Below, piece by piece: positions 25,292 through 36,982 of a stretch of DNA of 63,927 nt. The notes under the pieces are model-generated. The model searched no databases, was not told the origin of the DNA, and saw only the letters and a list, made by a program, of their open reading frames with translations. The first letter of the stretch is position 1, and each line of letters starts with the position of its first letter. The stretch comes from Geosiphon pyriformis uo1 (taxonomy: Eukaryota > Fungi > Glomeromycota), in NCBI GenBank assembly GCA_016748015.1, contig JAAOMT010000372.1:434074-498000 (forward strand), given 5' to 3'. Both the position numbers and the translations under genes were made by a program.

Positions 25292-27362
25292 ATGTCAACC
25301 GAAGAAATAGAAATTTTGAGAACGATCTACGAAAATGATTTATCATCATCTAACACCTATCCAACTCGCTATGCGATTACCGTTTCTGGTAACGTAGATC
25401 CTGCTTCAGCATCGCCTCCAATTTCATATTCTCACGAAATAACAACAAAGTTAAATGAGTATTCTTCGATTCTCCAAACCCAAATTCAATTGTTATTTGA
25501 TATTCCATCCGGCTATCCATCACAGCCAATCAATACACATGTGATAAGCCCACTTAATGATCATTCCCAAAGCACAATCCAAGATCTCAAAACCAAACTT
25601 GATGCACGTGCCAAAGAGTTAGCAAAACAAGAAGAATTTGCAATTTATGAGTTAACAGAGCTGTGTCGAAACTGGCTTTGGGAATATCAAAGCGATAATT
25701 TTTCATCGGATGCCACGGATATAATCAGCCCGGATTGGTGGGTTGGTGAATGGGTTAGCAGTATATTTGATTGGCAGATAGAATCGTATTCTCCTACGAA
25801 AATTATGCAAGTACAATTTGAAGCAGAAAGAAAGGTTATTGAGAGTGTGAAAGAACAATGTGGAATTGTTGTATTGATTGCTCAAGCTAGGAAGCGACTG
25901 AGATTCAATCTTTGGGATGCGGAGAAGACTGTGATTGATATTTTGAAGAATGTTGCTGATGGAAAAATTTCGGAATTAGGAGTTTTTGAGATCGAACATA
26001 AGAACCCAAAAGAAGATCCATTTCCTGTGAATGAAAATACTGAAGAAAATTTGAAAACATGTGCAATTTGTTTCGATGATTTTCCAAAAAGCGAGATTAC
26101 AATGTTTGCACCATGTCGTCACGTTGTTTGCAATGATTGTTTTATTCAATATCTAACAATTAAAATATCTGAAAGATCAGTCTTTGCAATTGGATGCCCA
26201 GGCGAAACTAAATGCCAGGTTCTCGTTGATCCAATTACAATTGGTTGGATGCTTTCATGTGAACTTAGCACAAAATATTATACATGGTTACGTGACTCTT
26301 TTGTACAGCTTCAACAAGGCTCTGCAATTACCAGATTCACCTGGTGCATTGAACCGAAGTGTAATTATGCGATCTCTTTTAAACCCGTGAATGGAGGGCA
26401 ACCACTGTTATATAATTGCAATGGGTGTAAATCTACTTGGTGCCAAATGTGTCAAGCAAAAAATGGACATTGGCCGGCAACTTGTAAAGATTATGACCAC
26501 TATTCTCGAATCAATCATACGGTGCAATTATTTCCTAAGATAGTAGCGCCAATTGGAGATATTTCTACAAAAGCTTGTCCAAAGTGTAATATTCAAATCG
26601 CAAAAAACGGTGGTTGTATGCATATGGTTTGTGGTCTATGCACTTTTGAGTGAGTATTATCATTTATTGTTCTTTCTATTGAGCTGATTTAAGGTGTACC
26701 TCTTAAAATTTTATCAAGTTCATACAATATTAACCATCCTATTTTCTAGATATTGCTGGGGGTGTGGGATAGAATGGGCCCAACGAAAACATAGTACCCT
26801 TTACGAATGTGATAAAGGTACATACAATGATATTCAAGAATTCGAGGTCTTTGAAATTGATAATTTACAAAACACACCCGGAACATTTCAGAAAAAATTT
26901 AAACAAGGAGTAATTCAGTACAATTCCAACATGAGGACAAAAATAACTGAACTCAAATACATGCTCAAACAATTGAAGATCAATCACAACAAAGGCCCAT
27001 TGTTCCTCTTGAAAGTTCGTGTATTCTCCCTTTTGGCTCAAGTTAATTCTATTTTAAAATTCACTTCCATGGTCTTCTTTGCAAGGGCAGAAAAAGTAAC
27101 TCCCCTTGTAAGGCAAGCAGTTGAAATCTGTCAAAGGGTTTCTTTCGGGCTTCAAGCTGTGGAAACGATCAAAAATAAGATATTGGAGTTGGAAAGAATG
27201 GAAGGTCATCGGGGATCCGGGAGCTTTTCTAAACAGGATTTAGCAGCTGAGGAGGTCGAAGCTAAGACTGAAAAAGCAAAATCTGATTTCGAGGTGTGTA
27301 TGGATCAAATAGCGAAGAATGTCAAACGATTGGTTTCTGCATTAAGTAATTTAGAATCATAG
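25292..27362 (+). CDS. RWD + RBR (RING1-IBR-RING2) E3 ubiquitin ligase with Ariadne-like elements. Exons 25292-26649, 26750-27362
   Basis: EEIEILRTIY and IPSGYPSQP (RWD). CAICFDD...CRHVVCNDC...IGCP...C (RING1). WCIEPKC...CNGC...WCQMC...HWPATC (IBR). [30 protein letters not shown] (RING2, spanning a GT-AG intron). The start ATG is uncertain because the frame is open upstream. Confidence 0.92.
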
Positions 27363-28770
27363 CCTATTTATATTAGTGACTCTTTTTAATACAAAAAATT
27401 CAGAAGCAACAATCAAAACCTTCGTTATCTTCACTGACTATTCAGGATACTTTGCTCACACTTTTGATATGTTGTGAATTTCGCTTTTGTATTAGCCAAC
27501 TTTCTTGGACTGCTGTCTTTACTATTCATCGGTAGCTTTACATGAATATGCGTTCAAACTTTAGGAAAAATTTTGATTGTTTTGTTAGCATTTTGAACAT
27601 TATTTTGAATTTATGTATTTTAATAATATTTTATCAACTGAAAAAAATGGTCACTTTGAAATGAATATTGGCATATTCTGAAATTTTCAGTTTTTGATTT
27701 AACATTAATTTTCTTCCAGATTCACTACGGTGAGTTTTTTATTGGAGATTAAAAAAATTTAGGCATTTAACAAGATAAATTTGAATGAGTCTTTTATCTA
27801 AACTTTAAACTTATGTAAAGACCCAGAGGGTGAATTTCAAAAAATTAGCAAAAAAATTTCCATTGAAATGTCCATTTTTTATATAAGAACCTTCTTATTC
27901 CTCTTGAAGCTGAATCTTTGCTCTCCTATATTTATATATGAAAACAAAACAAACTTTTGAATTACAATGACCATCTTTAAAATACCAAATGTGTTTGAAC
28001 TGTGTGCTTTACATTTTGTGTGGGCATTGAAAAGCATAAAACTTGGTAATGGAATAGTTTGCACAGCAAAGCTAAACTGGGAAGCTTCAAGAGTTTCAAA
28101 CAATCAAGAAAAGCCAGTAATGTGTCAATTGATATCTTAAACATTTTCAGAAAAAAAAACCAATGAATTTAATTAGTAATTTTTGGAGGAATTAAAATAC
28201 TATTTGTCGAAGCCAAATTATTTATCATCTGGGTCTATAATCATGTTCATGACTATATACCCCAGAAAATACATTTTAGCCATGTTCAATTAGTTTAAAT
28301 CAAGTTTAGTTGAATAGAAGAGGATCGAGCATTGATGGTCAAATAACCAGGGCTAAAGCTTCCCCTGACATGAATAGAATTTGCTTATGGCTGAATTGGG
28401 GCAACGCATAGTAGAGAAGCCTTAATAAATAATTGAGACTGCAGCATAGGTCATGATATAGTGGTTGTCAAGAAATCGGATTTAAATCTCGGGGAGAAAT
28501 ATTGCATTATCAAAAATCATATATATATTATTGTTCAATTTATAAATGGGCATGCATCATGCAATATTTCATATTTGTAGGACCAGAACAAATTTTCAAA
28601 CCACTTTTTCAATAAGCAACCAGTAAAAATTTCATTTGAACGTTGATTTTTTTAAATATTTATTGATGATCACATTTACAAAATAAAATAGATTTTTGAG
28701 AGTATATTTACTAAATAAATTCAATACTTATTATAAAAATATGCTATATTGACCAAGCATTCCCAGAAAA

Positions 28771-30240
28771 TTAAAGATTGTATGGCTGTTTTTCTTCTTG
28801 ACCTTCTTGTGCGTTATTTGAAGAGGCCCTTTCCTGTCCTTGAGCCGCTCGATCACGTCGTTCATGTTGCTGGATTAATACTTCGATGACGCGTTCGAGA
28901 TTACCATTGTAACGAGTTAATAAGTCGGTATTTTGCTCATCATCTTCCCAGTATCCCATCTGGTGAAGAATATTGAGTTTTTCTTTAATAGCTTCTTGGG
29001 TGATCTTTTCTTCCTGTGGTTGAGCATGGGACTGCCAATGTTGCTGGTGACCACCAAAAGGACGCCCACGTGTTCCATATGGGCCACGTCGACAACCACC
29101 AGTTCCACGCTGAGCACATTTGTTGTAATTACTTCTACCACATCGATTACCAGTTGCATGATTAAAATTATCTTGAGAAAATGCAAATGGGGCCGAACCA
29201 CCAAAAGGAAAACCAGGAGCATCCCATGGAGCTCCATTATGGAATGGGAACCCAGGTGGGAAGTTTGGAAAAAAACTAGGGCCACCTTGTTGTTGTCGTT
29301 GTTGTCGTTGGTGTTGATGTTGTTGTTGTTGTTGGTTAGTTTCATCATTATAATCATCGCCTTCATCTTCTCTGGCATAGTCAGTTGGGGATCCAGAGCG
29401 ATTACGAAAAGAAGCTAACCATTCTTTCCAAATTTGGAGGTCAACTGGAACAGCAGCAAGTATCTGTTCCATGACACCATTAGCGGTTTCAATAATTTGA
29501 GGATTCGATATTAAAACATCATGAAATTGATTCAACAATTTTTCAAAATTTGCAGCAAGATCAATGATAGGAGTTGATTCGTCTGTTTTTGGAGTAGATG
29601 AGGAAGCAGCTTTAGCAGAAGTTTCACCAGGGGCATCTTTTTTTTTACCCTTTTCTGAGTCATTTTGGGGTGAAATCGGATCGTTGGCTTCATCACTAAG
29701 GGCGGCGTGGTAATAAGAAGGGGGACGAGATTGGGGCTCAACGATGGGTTCTTTTGTTGTAAAAATCTTTTCATCTATTTGAATCGGCTTTTGGGTTTTT
29801 TGTGGGGTCGAGTTTTGCAAGAAAGAATTTTCTGGGTTTACGACAACAGGTTCTTCCTGAATTTGCAAACCAGCAACCCCTTCACGAATATTCACAGTTT
29901 CATCGGACCTAACCGTATTTACTGATGGAGCACGTTCCCTACTCTCTAACACCCAAGCGTCTTTATTAGCTTCATCCCCGTCAGCTGCTAATGTAGTCAA
30001 ATTGAATTTAAAGGTAGTTCCTTGTGGCTGTTGAGTCAAGATTTCTTGAAGCTCAAAGTCGGTTGAAAGAGTGATAACATCACCGTCTTCATCCGTATAT
30101 GATAGTTGAATTGGGATAGTGGATGGGATAGAAAAGAGATTACGAAGTGTATCTTCTAAATGGGCCCAACTGGTTGTTGATGGAGACGCAAGAGTAAAAC
30201 GGCGAACAGTAGATTTGTAAATGACTTTTATACTAGCCAT
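28771..30240 (-). CDS. PB1-UBA protein, p62/SQSTM1-NBR1-like selective autophagy receptor candidate
   Basis: N-terminal PB1 with the basic cluster (SIKV...VRRF) and OPCA motif (LSYTDEDGDVITLSTDFEL). C-terminal UBA (EKLNILHQMGYW..NTDLLTRYNGNLERVIEVL). Q-rich and F/P/G-rich low-complexity linker. Confidence 0.85.
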   Translation of the reverse strand: MASIKVIYKSTVRRFTLASPSTTSWAHLEDTLRNLFSIPSTIPIQLSYTDEDGDVITLSTDFELQEILTQQPQGTTFKFNLTTLAADGDEANKDAWVLESRERAPSVNTVRSDETVNIREGVAGLQIQEEPVVVNPENSFLQNSTPQKTQKPIQIDEKIFTTKEPIVEPQSRPPSYYHAALSDEANDPISPQNDSEKGKKKDAPGETSAKAASSSTPKTDESTPIIDLAANFEKLLNQFHDVLISNPQIIETANGVMEQILAAVPVDLQIWKEWLASFRNRSGSPTDYAREDEGDDYNDETNQQQQQHQHQRQQRQQQGGPSFFPNFPPGFPFHNGAPWDAPGFPFGGSAPFAFSQDNFNHATGNRCGRSNYNKCAQRGTGGCRRGPYGTRGRPFGGHQQHWQSHAQPQEEKITQEAIKEKLNILHQMGYWEDDEQNTDLLTRYNGNLERVIEVLIQQHERRDRAAQGQERASSNNAQEGQEEKQPYNL

Positions 30241-32266
30241 TTTTAAAGGGTAAGGTTAAAAAAATTTATTTGGGAAGTATTTTGATTATTTTCTGTCTGA
30301 TATAACAAAGAAAATTATTTGCTTGAGTCTGAAAAAAAAAGGTGAGATTCAGAGAAGGGGTTTTATACTTTTTTAACTACTATTGATAATCACTATTGCG
30401 TAAAGTGGCTACGAATCCTCCACGCAATTTAGGTGGGTATTCGTAATTCTTTAGATACTAAATCTAAGTTTTATTGGCTTCGATCATTTCCTTTTATAAG
30501 ATAGTGACGTCGGTAGTTCCCACTTGACTTGGCCGTTATCATTGAGGAAATGCTTGTAAATCAAAAATGACCTGTGCGTTGCCTTTTTCTGGAATAACCA
30601 GGAATCTACCTGATTTGTATGTCGTAAGCAATGCCGGGTTCTTCGGGTAAAACTTTGCTCATTAAATTTAAAACAATCTATTCTGAATACTTTTTGTCTC
30701 ATCAAGAGTTGAACAGGCGTAGTTAAACTTATCAAAGGGCTAAGTCTATAGAAAAATCACATTTTCTTGCATGTTCATTAATTTAAGTGTTTTTTTTATG
30801 TGTCCAAATCTCGAGACATATTTTTTTAATTCTCCTTTTTTTAGAATTCCTTTGACCAGCTTTAAAATACATATAAAAATTTAAATTATTTGAGATTATA
30901 TTTTTGAGATTTTATTTAAGTTTATACAAAAAATAAATGATTAATAGAACAGCTAAAAAAAAAGAATATTTCAACAATAACAACAAAATAACTTTATTTA
31001 AAAATTTGAAATAACTGACAAAATTCATTCAATCTTATAAGACTGATGGCATTTTTAGGTTTACCAATTGTGACCTCTAATAATAAAAAATCGTTGCAAT
31101 TCATTGCAAAAAATTACAGCCCCAAAGCTACTTTTGCTCATTAATTCTCATAATTTGCAAAATGCATATTATCTTTGCCAATTTTTGAACCACTCATATA
31201 TGTTTAAAATTTTTTTTAGGCATTAATTTCATTCTATGTACTTTTTTGAAAAAAAAAAACTTATTTTTATTAAAAAAGATCTGACTAGAAAAAATTTACC
31301 AATATCAATATAATACAATGGCCTTGAAAATAATTTTATTAAATTGTTCCAGCAATTTATTGAAATTAAATGTAATAATTCATGCTATTTTAAAACTAAA
31401 TTCTGATTTCAACAATAAAATTTTGAGTTTTACCAATTCTTAAAATTTGTTAATTATAATTAGATATCATTAATACCTCAATTAAAATTATTATTGCTAC
31501 TTATTAAATCATTTGCTTTCTCAGATCCAATATTTTTATAATGAGATCTGTAATCTTATTAATTTTAGGTTATATTAGCTTTCTTTCAATAAATATATGT
31601 GCATTAATTATTCATATAATAAAAGATTTCAAATAATGAAAAAACTGCAGCGATTCAATAATTATGACCCAAAAAACTTGATAACCAACTTTCGAAATCA
31701 TAAATATTTCTTTTAAAATTGATTATTTGTTTAATGGTCTTAAAATCTATTTAAAAATTTCTCTTCTATATTATATCAAATGATTTTTCCTGGTACACTT
31801 TCCAAAGTTCAAATCATATATTTACATTCCCGAAATTTTGCAAATAAATTAGGGATATCAAAAAATAAAAAATTTATTTATTTATTTATTTTGATTTCTC
31901 AAAAGGGTTCTTTTATCAGGTTAGAATTTATATTGGTAGGGTCAGGAAAAGTATTTAATATATTCCTTGCTAATTTCTTAGTTGTTAAAAGATTTGCTAA
32001 TAAAACACATTTTGATATATTAATGGAATATTGTCCTACAAAATTTTATTTTCAAGTATTCCTTAGATATCCAGTTTCGGCTGCAAATAGTAATTGAATA
32101 TTATCGCTTGGACCAAAAAATTCCGTTTTTTGTTGACAATATTTAATTATAAATCTCAAGTATTATTACATATTCCTAACAAATAATAAAATACTAAATA
32201 AGAAAATATTAAATAGAGGTTTGTCTATCTGAGCTATTTCACTAGGTGCTTAGCAAATACAATCTA

Positions 32267-33646
32267 TCAATAAACCCTAGGTCGAGAATGAACGAAAACA
32301 AATTGATTTGGACTGAAAAAGCTTTCTTTTGGCTGGGTCGTAAGATAATGGTTTCTGATTCGCAATTGATCGTTAAATTTGAGTTCCCTATTAAATTCAT
32401 CACCTGATCTAAGAAAATTTTCGTAAAATCTAAATAAAAAGAGCAATCCAACTATCCCCAAAATTATAGGAAGAAGAAAGCTGAACAAAAAGGAAGCTAT
32501 TCGAAAAGTGGCAAATAATATATATAATGAAATAATGGCTAATATTGCATGTGAAATAACTATTGAAGAGACATGGAATCCCAAGTTAACAAATTTCGAA
32601 AAATGATTATGGCATTGTCTTTCTTGTGGGTGTCGTCTTGTGTAACAACCACCACAGCTATCTTCAAAGTTTGTACATGTAACATGATTAGATGGCCCGT
32701 AAAATTCATTTTGTTGATGGCAAAACCTTTGGCGCTTGTTGCTCAAAATTCTTTCGCTGTTTCTAATATATCGTTCATAATTTGATTTATTGGCCCCCAA
32801 GGAAGAACAAGGGGAAAAGGGATTAAAATGATTCTGACTTTGTGGAGGATTTACTCTTCTAAAAAATACTTTAATAGGTTCATTTTCCAAAGGTATTCGG
32901 GATAATTGATTATTGATAATGTTTTGCGAGATCATTTGCCTTCTCGCTGCTAGTTTTCTATTATATTTGGCAATTTCGAAAAGTTGAAGCCAATCAGTCA
33001 ATGAGTCTATTTCCGTTTCCGAAGAATTGTGTTCTTTTTTGGCTTCAATTGGTTGTGATCTCGTATCAGTATGCAAAGATCCTCTTTCACCAATTGGGGA
33101 TTCTTCTTTAGCGATGGTTTCTTTTTCTTTACCCTTTTCTTTGAAAGTAAAAGTTGGAACAAAGGTAGGATCTTCAATTTCATCCTCTACTGTTGTATGT
33201 AGATGAGAGGTATCCAGCAAGTGTTCAATCTTTGATTCACTAACATTACACTCTCGCCTAAAATTCTTATCCAGTTGAAGTTTTTGTGATTTATCCTTAG
33301 TATCCGAAACGTCTGTTTCAAAGTTTGAAATTACATAAGGATTTACAATTTCGGAATTCCCTTCAAGCACCCAGCCATCCAAATTCTGATCCGCCTCCTC
33401 GTTATTGATTTTCAAAGTAAAATTAATATTTGACGCAGAGGAGTTAGAAAGAGCTTCTTTAAATTCAATGTCAGATGAAATAGTGATAATATCACCATCT
33501 TCATCAGTATAAAATATAGAAATCGGTGCATTATTGGGAATCGTAAATAGTGATCGAAGCTGTTGTTCAAAATCAGACCAAGTAGAATTTTGAGCAAGCT
33601 TTAGTGGATGAAGAATTGATTGGTGTTGTACTTGAATGCTAGCCAT
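32267..33646 (-). CDS. PB1-domain paralog with a C-terminal hydrophobic (probable two-TM) segment and no UBA
   Basis: PB1 OPCA motif FYTDEDGDIITISSDIEF. Shares WVLE, HxxxxDExxDP and EKGKxK with the neighbour. Hydrophobic stretch IVISHAILAIISLYILFATFRIASFLFSFLLPIILGIVGLLFLF. Confidence 0.82.
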   Translation of the reverse strand: MASIQVQHQSILHPLKLAQNSTWSDFEQQLRSLFTIPNNAPISIFYTDEDGDIITISSDIEFKEALSNSSASNINFTLKINNEEADQNLDGWVLEGNSEIVNPYVISNFETDVSDTKDKSQKLQLDKNFRRECNVSESKIEHLLDTSHLHTTVEDEIEDPTFVPTFTFKEKGKEKETIAKEESPIGERGSLHTDTRSQPIEAKKEHNSSETEIDSLTDWLQLFEIAKYNRKLAARRQMISQNIINNQLSRIPLENEPIKVFFRRVNPPQSQNHFNPFSPCSSLGANKSNYERYIRNSERILSNKRQRFCHQQNEFYGPSNHVTCTNFEDSCGGCYTRRHPQERQCHNHFSKFVNLGFHVSSIVISHAILAIISLYILFATFRIASFLFSFLLPIILGIVGLLFLFRFYENFLRSGDEFNRELKFNDQLRIRNHYLTTQPKESFFSPNQFVFVHSRPRVY

Positions 33647-35273
33647 TTTCAGTGGAATTTAAAAATTGAAGCTAATCAAAAATATTTAAATTGATTCGAA
33701 ACGATGCTTCTCTCGCTAAATAAGATAAGCAGAAAGTGATACGCAAGTTCAAGGGTTTTTAATTATCGAGCGTTTTTATGAATTAAAAAGGTTGTAAGGC
33801 TCCCTCTGAACAGAAAAAGAGCTTGCTTCAATTAATGAAGAAAAATTATCTAACTAACCGAGAAGTTTAAACTTGGAGTATTTATATTTTTCTCGTTCTA
33901 AGGGAAAACTGTGGCGTCATAGGTTGAATAATTACGAATAAACAAATGCTCGATGATTCTCGATTCATTTCGGATAAATTGCGGCAATTCAAATGAATCA
34001 TCGGATAAACTAATATATACGCAAAATGATCATTAATCAGCTTTTTGTTTGAATAGATACCATTGCGCTGATTAAACCAAATTATCGCATATTCGAGAAT
34101 CCTTGGTTAATCAATGTTTGTCATCCTACAGTGACATACTTTTCATTGGTTTCTTGTATGAATTCGGCAACTTGAAATTTATAAACCAAAAATAACCAGC
34201 CCCATAAGTAGTAGAAAATATGTTCAAAAAAATATGCGAATTACTAGTGGCTAACTATTTGAGAAATTTGCTGTATTTTATAATGAAACGAGTGTATTTT
34301 ACGAAAGAAAAAGTAAATTAGTGAAATATTTTTAATATAAAAAGAATTAGGAAAATATGGAGAATTGAATAAAATTGCAAATTGATTTTTTATTTAACAT
34401 TCATTCTGAATTTTAATATTTTATAAAAATTAAAAAATAAAAATAAAAATAAAAATAAAAAACTATTAAATCATTAGGACACCAAAAAATTATTGCATAA
34501 TTATTTATTTTTAATAATTTTTATTTTCGTTATCAAATTTATATTGTACGAATATAGTTGTTGGTTGAACCACACCGTGCATTTTAAAAAAAAATTATAA
34601 AGAAATATTTTTTATAAATATTTATAATAACATTATAATTTTTAAATTATTAGTGTTATTTTAATTGTTTATTATTTATTATAATATTTTTTGAAAATGT
34701 AATTCAAATCAATCATTAATCTGTAATCATTAAATTGCTTATTGATTTGATTGTTAATTGGATTTTTAATTTAATTGATAAGTTAATTTTAATATTATGT
34801 ACAAAAAAAAATTAATCAGATTTTAAATAAATAAATAAATAATAAAATATATTATATTGATCTTTAATAAACCATAAACATAAAATATTTTGTATTGTTT
34901 ATTGTTCTTTTCTGAATATTTTATAAGTAAATAATTATTTTACAAATTATAATTAAATATTTATGCACTTGAATGTCAACATTATTACAAAGTTTACTCT
35001 TAAATATAAAAAATTTATCAAAAAACAAAGTTTGATTAAATTTATTAATAAGTTTTATTTATTGAGCTTACATGTTAATTAAAAAATCTTAATACCACTT
35101 TTGTTATGTTAAAGTTAACTAATTTCTGATTCTTATTTTTCATTATTTGAAATAGTTTGCACAATTTGTAAAATAACTTTATCTTTTTTAAAATCTATAA
35201 TTTTAAAATTAATGTTTTAAACAATTGAAAATTTATGCATTATAAAATTTAAAATAGCATTACAATTAATAGA

Positions 35274-36690
35274 TTAAGCTTCGTTCTGGATAATAAAACG
35301 GATTCCCAAATTACTCGATTTTGGTGATCAAAAGTGGTTGTAAGCAACAATGCACCCAACAAAGCATTTTCCACGTAATCTTTTTTCATATTGCGATTCA
35401 CCATGCCCGACACTTCAAAAAGAGGAATGAAAATGGCATCAAATTCGCGGGTAAAGCATCTAACTGATTCCGGTGAATTTCACTTTGCAGATGCATGACT
35501 TTTCGCCGAATCCAAAAAATCACCTTATTGAGTCGCAGAAACATTTTATTCTTACGGTTTGAGAAGGATTCTACTAACTTATTCTTTTGGAAGATCTCAT
35601 CTTCCAAAAGAATGTTCATCAATCGTGTTTACCCCTTTTGTGGGAGATTATCGTAAAAAGTGTACAGACGCCGAGATCAATGGAGACTGCATGAACAGAG
35701 CCATCCGCTTGAGTTTCGCGGAACTGTTGTTACGTCTCGTATACACAAGCAAACTTCCACTGGTTAGTTTTGCGAGAGTAGGTGAGCTTGCCATCCGACA
35801 TTATATTGTAAAGAACGGACCACCTATTATTATGCCTCTTTTCTTGGAAATGAGGAGGCCACAAACCATGCTTGTCATTACCCAGATTGGTGGTAGGCTT
35901 ATAATAATGTGTCTTAAGCATCGACGGATTATGAAGATGAGTGATATAGAAGCGGTTCTATGTGGCTTTCGAAAAAGTTTGTCCATGAATTGTCATTGTT
36001 TGTCGCGGATCTTTTGGAGATCGAAATGATAGTGTGCCAATAGACCTTGCCGATTCGTATTACCCCTAATTAATTTTCCCCTAGCAATCAATGCTTCATC
36101 GATTGCCTCATCAATAATATTCGCGAAGCTTTACCGTGCATACCTGAAGCAACATTCCGAGATATACAACAGTTCGCATGAACTTGCACTCGCCTTATAT
36201 TGCAACTTTTCCGAGCTCTTTGTCTTCGTGTTCATTAGCGTCTTTTTCTGCCCGAGTTTATGCAAAGCTTAAGTTTATCTTTGATGGATTGAGGCTTTGT
36301 CGAAGCCTGTTATGATAAGCCGATATGAGGATTTTTAGTATAAAAGCTGCGGTGTGGCCTCTAGTAGACAGTATTATAAGCAAATCTCGTCGAGCTCAAC
36401 CACCGCTTCAAGAGCTTCTTTTGAAGATGGTTCCGATATACCTTGATTGATAATGTAGTTTGAGAGTATCTTCCATCTAACATTTGCGACGAGCTGCTGT
36501 CTGCTCTTTTCGCCTGTTCTGACGCTCTTATTGATGATATACAGCAGAGAAAGACTGTGTTGATGAAAAAAACATTTTCTGAGAGTTTATGCTCGTCAAA
36601 GAGAACCAGGAGTTTTGCAAAATGGAGACACGGGGTAGAGGTAACCTTTCTTTGGTAGCAGAGGTGGCGGTGATGGTATCAGCATTTGAA
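35274..36690 (-). pseudogene. Decayed Fanzor (TnpB-like RNA-guided nuclease), copy B; C-terminus missing
   Basis: In order on minus: LQNSWFS (NSWFS at 36600-36614); SIKVYRNHLQKKLLKRWLSSTRFAYNTV (TnpB-type N-terminus, ~36367-36450); ANIIDEAIDEALIARE; FRSPKDPRQTMTIHGQTF; KLTYSRKTNQWKFACVYE; AVSIDLGVCTLFT (RuvC-I Asp at 35676-35678); RRKVMHLQSEIHR; FTREFDAIFIPLFEVSGMVNR; KMLCWVH; GIRFIIQNEA* ending at 35274. Confidence 0.9.
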
Positions 36691-36982
36691 TTTATTATTT
36701 ATTATAAAGTAAAATTTCAAAGTATTATTTTCGGGATTTTAAATCTGATAAGAATTTATTAGCAAATTAGGCATTATTAATAATTGATCGCCGACGGAAT
36801 AAATAAAATTCATCCAAGTTTGATCAATTAAAGATTTCCCCTTTTGTTCTTTGATCAAGATTTTTCAAAAAAAAAAAAAAAACTTATTTGTGAACTCTAC
36901 ATGACTCAACTTTCGAAGGAAAAAAATACAAAGCAGCTTGAACAATTTTTTTCACCTTCAAAGACAGAGGAATAATAAAATT

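Noticed and set aside
27819-28237. 9-bp inverted match AGACCCAGA / TCTGGGTCT
   Set aside because: Too short and no clear target-site duplication.
28917-29925. Several overlapping ORFs
   Set aside because: They are alternative-frame or antisense shadows of the PB1-UBA gene.
35559-36029. 156-aa plus-strand ORF
   Set aside because: It is the antisense shadow of Fanzor relic B and has no recognisable motifs.
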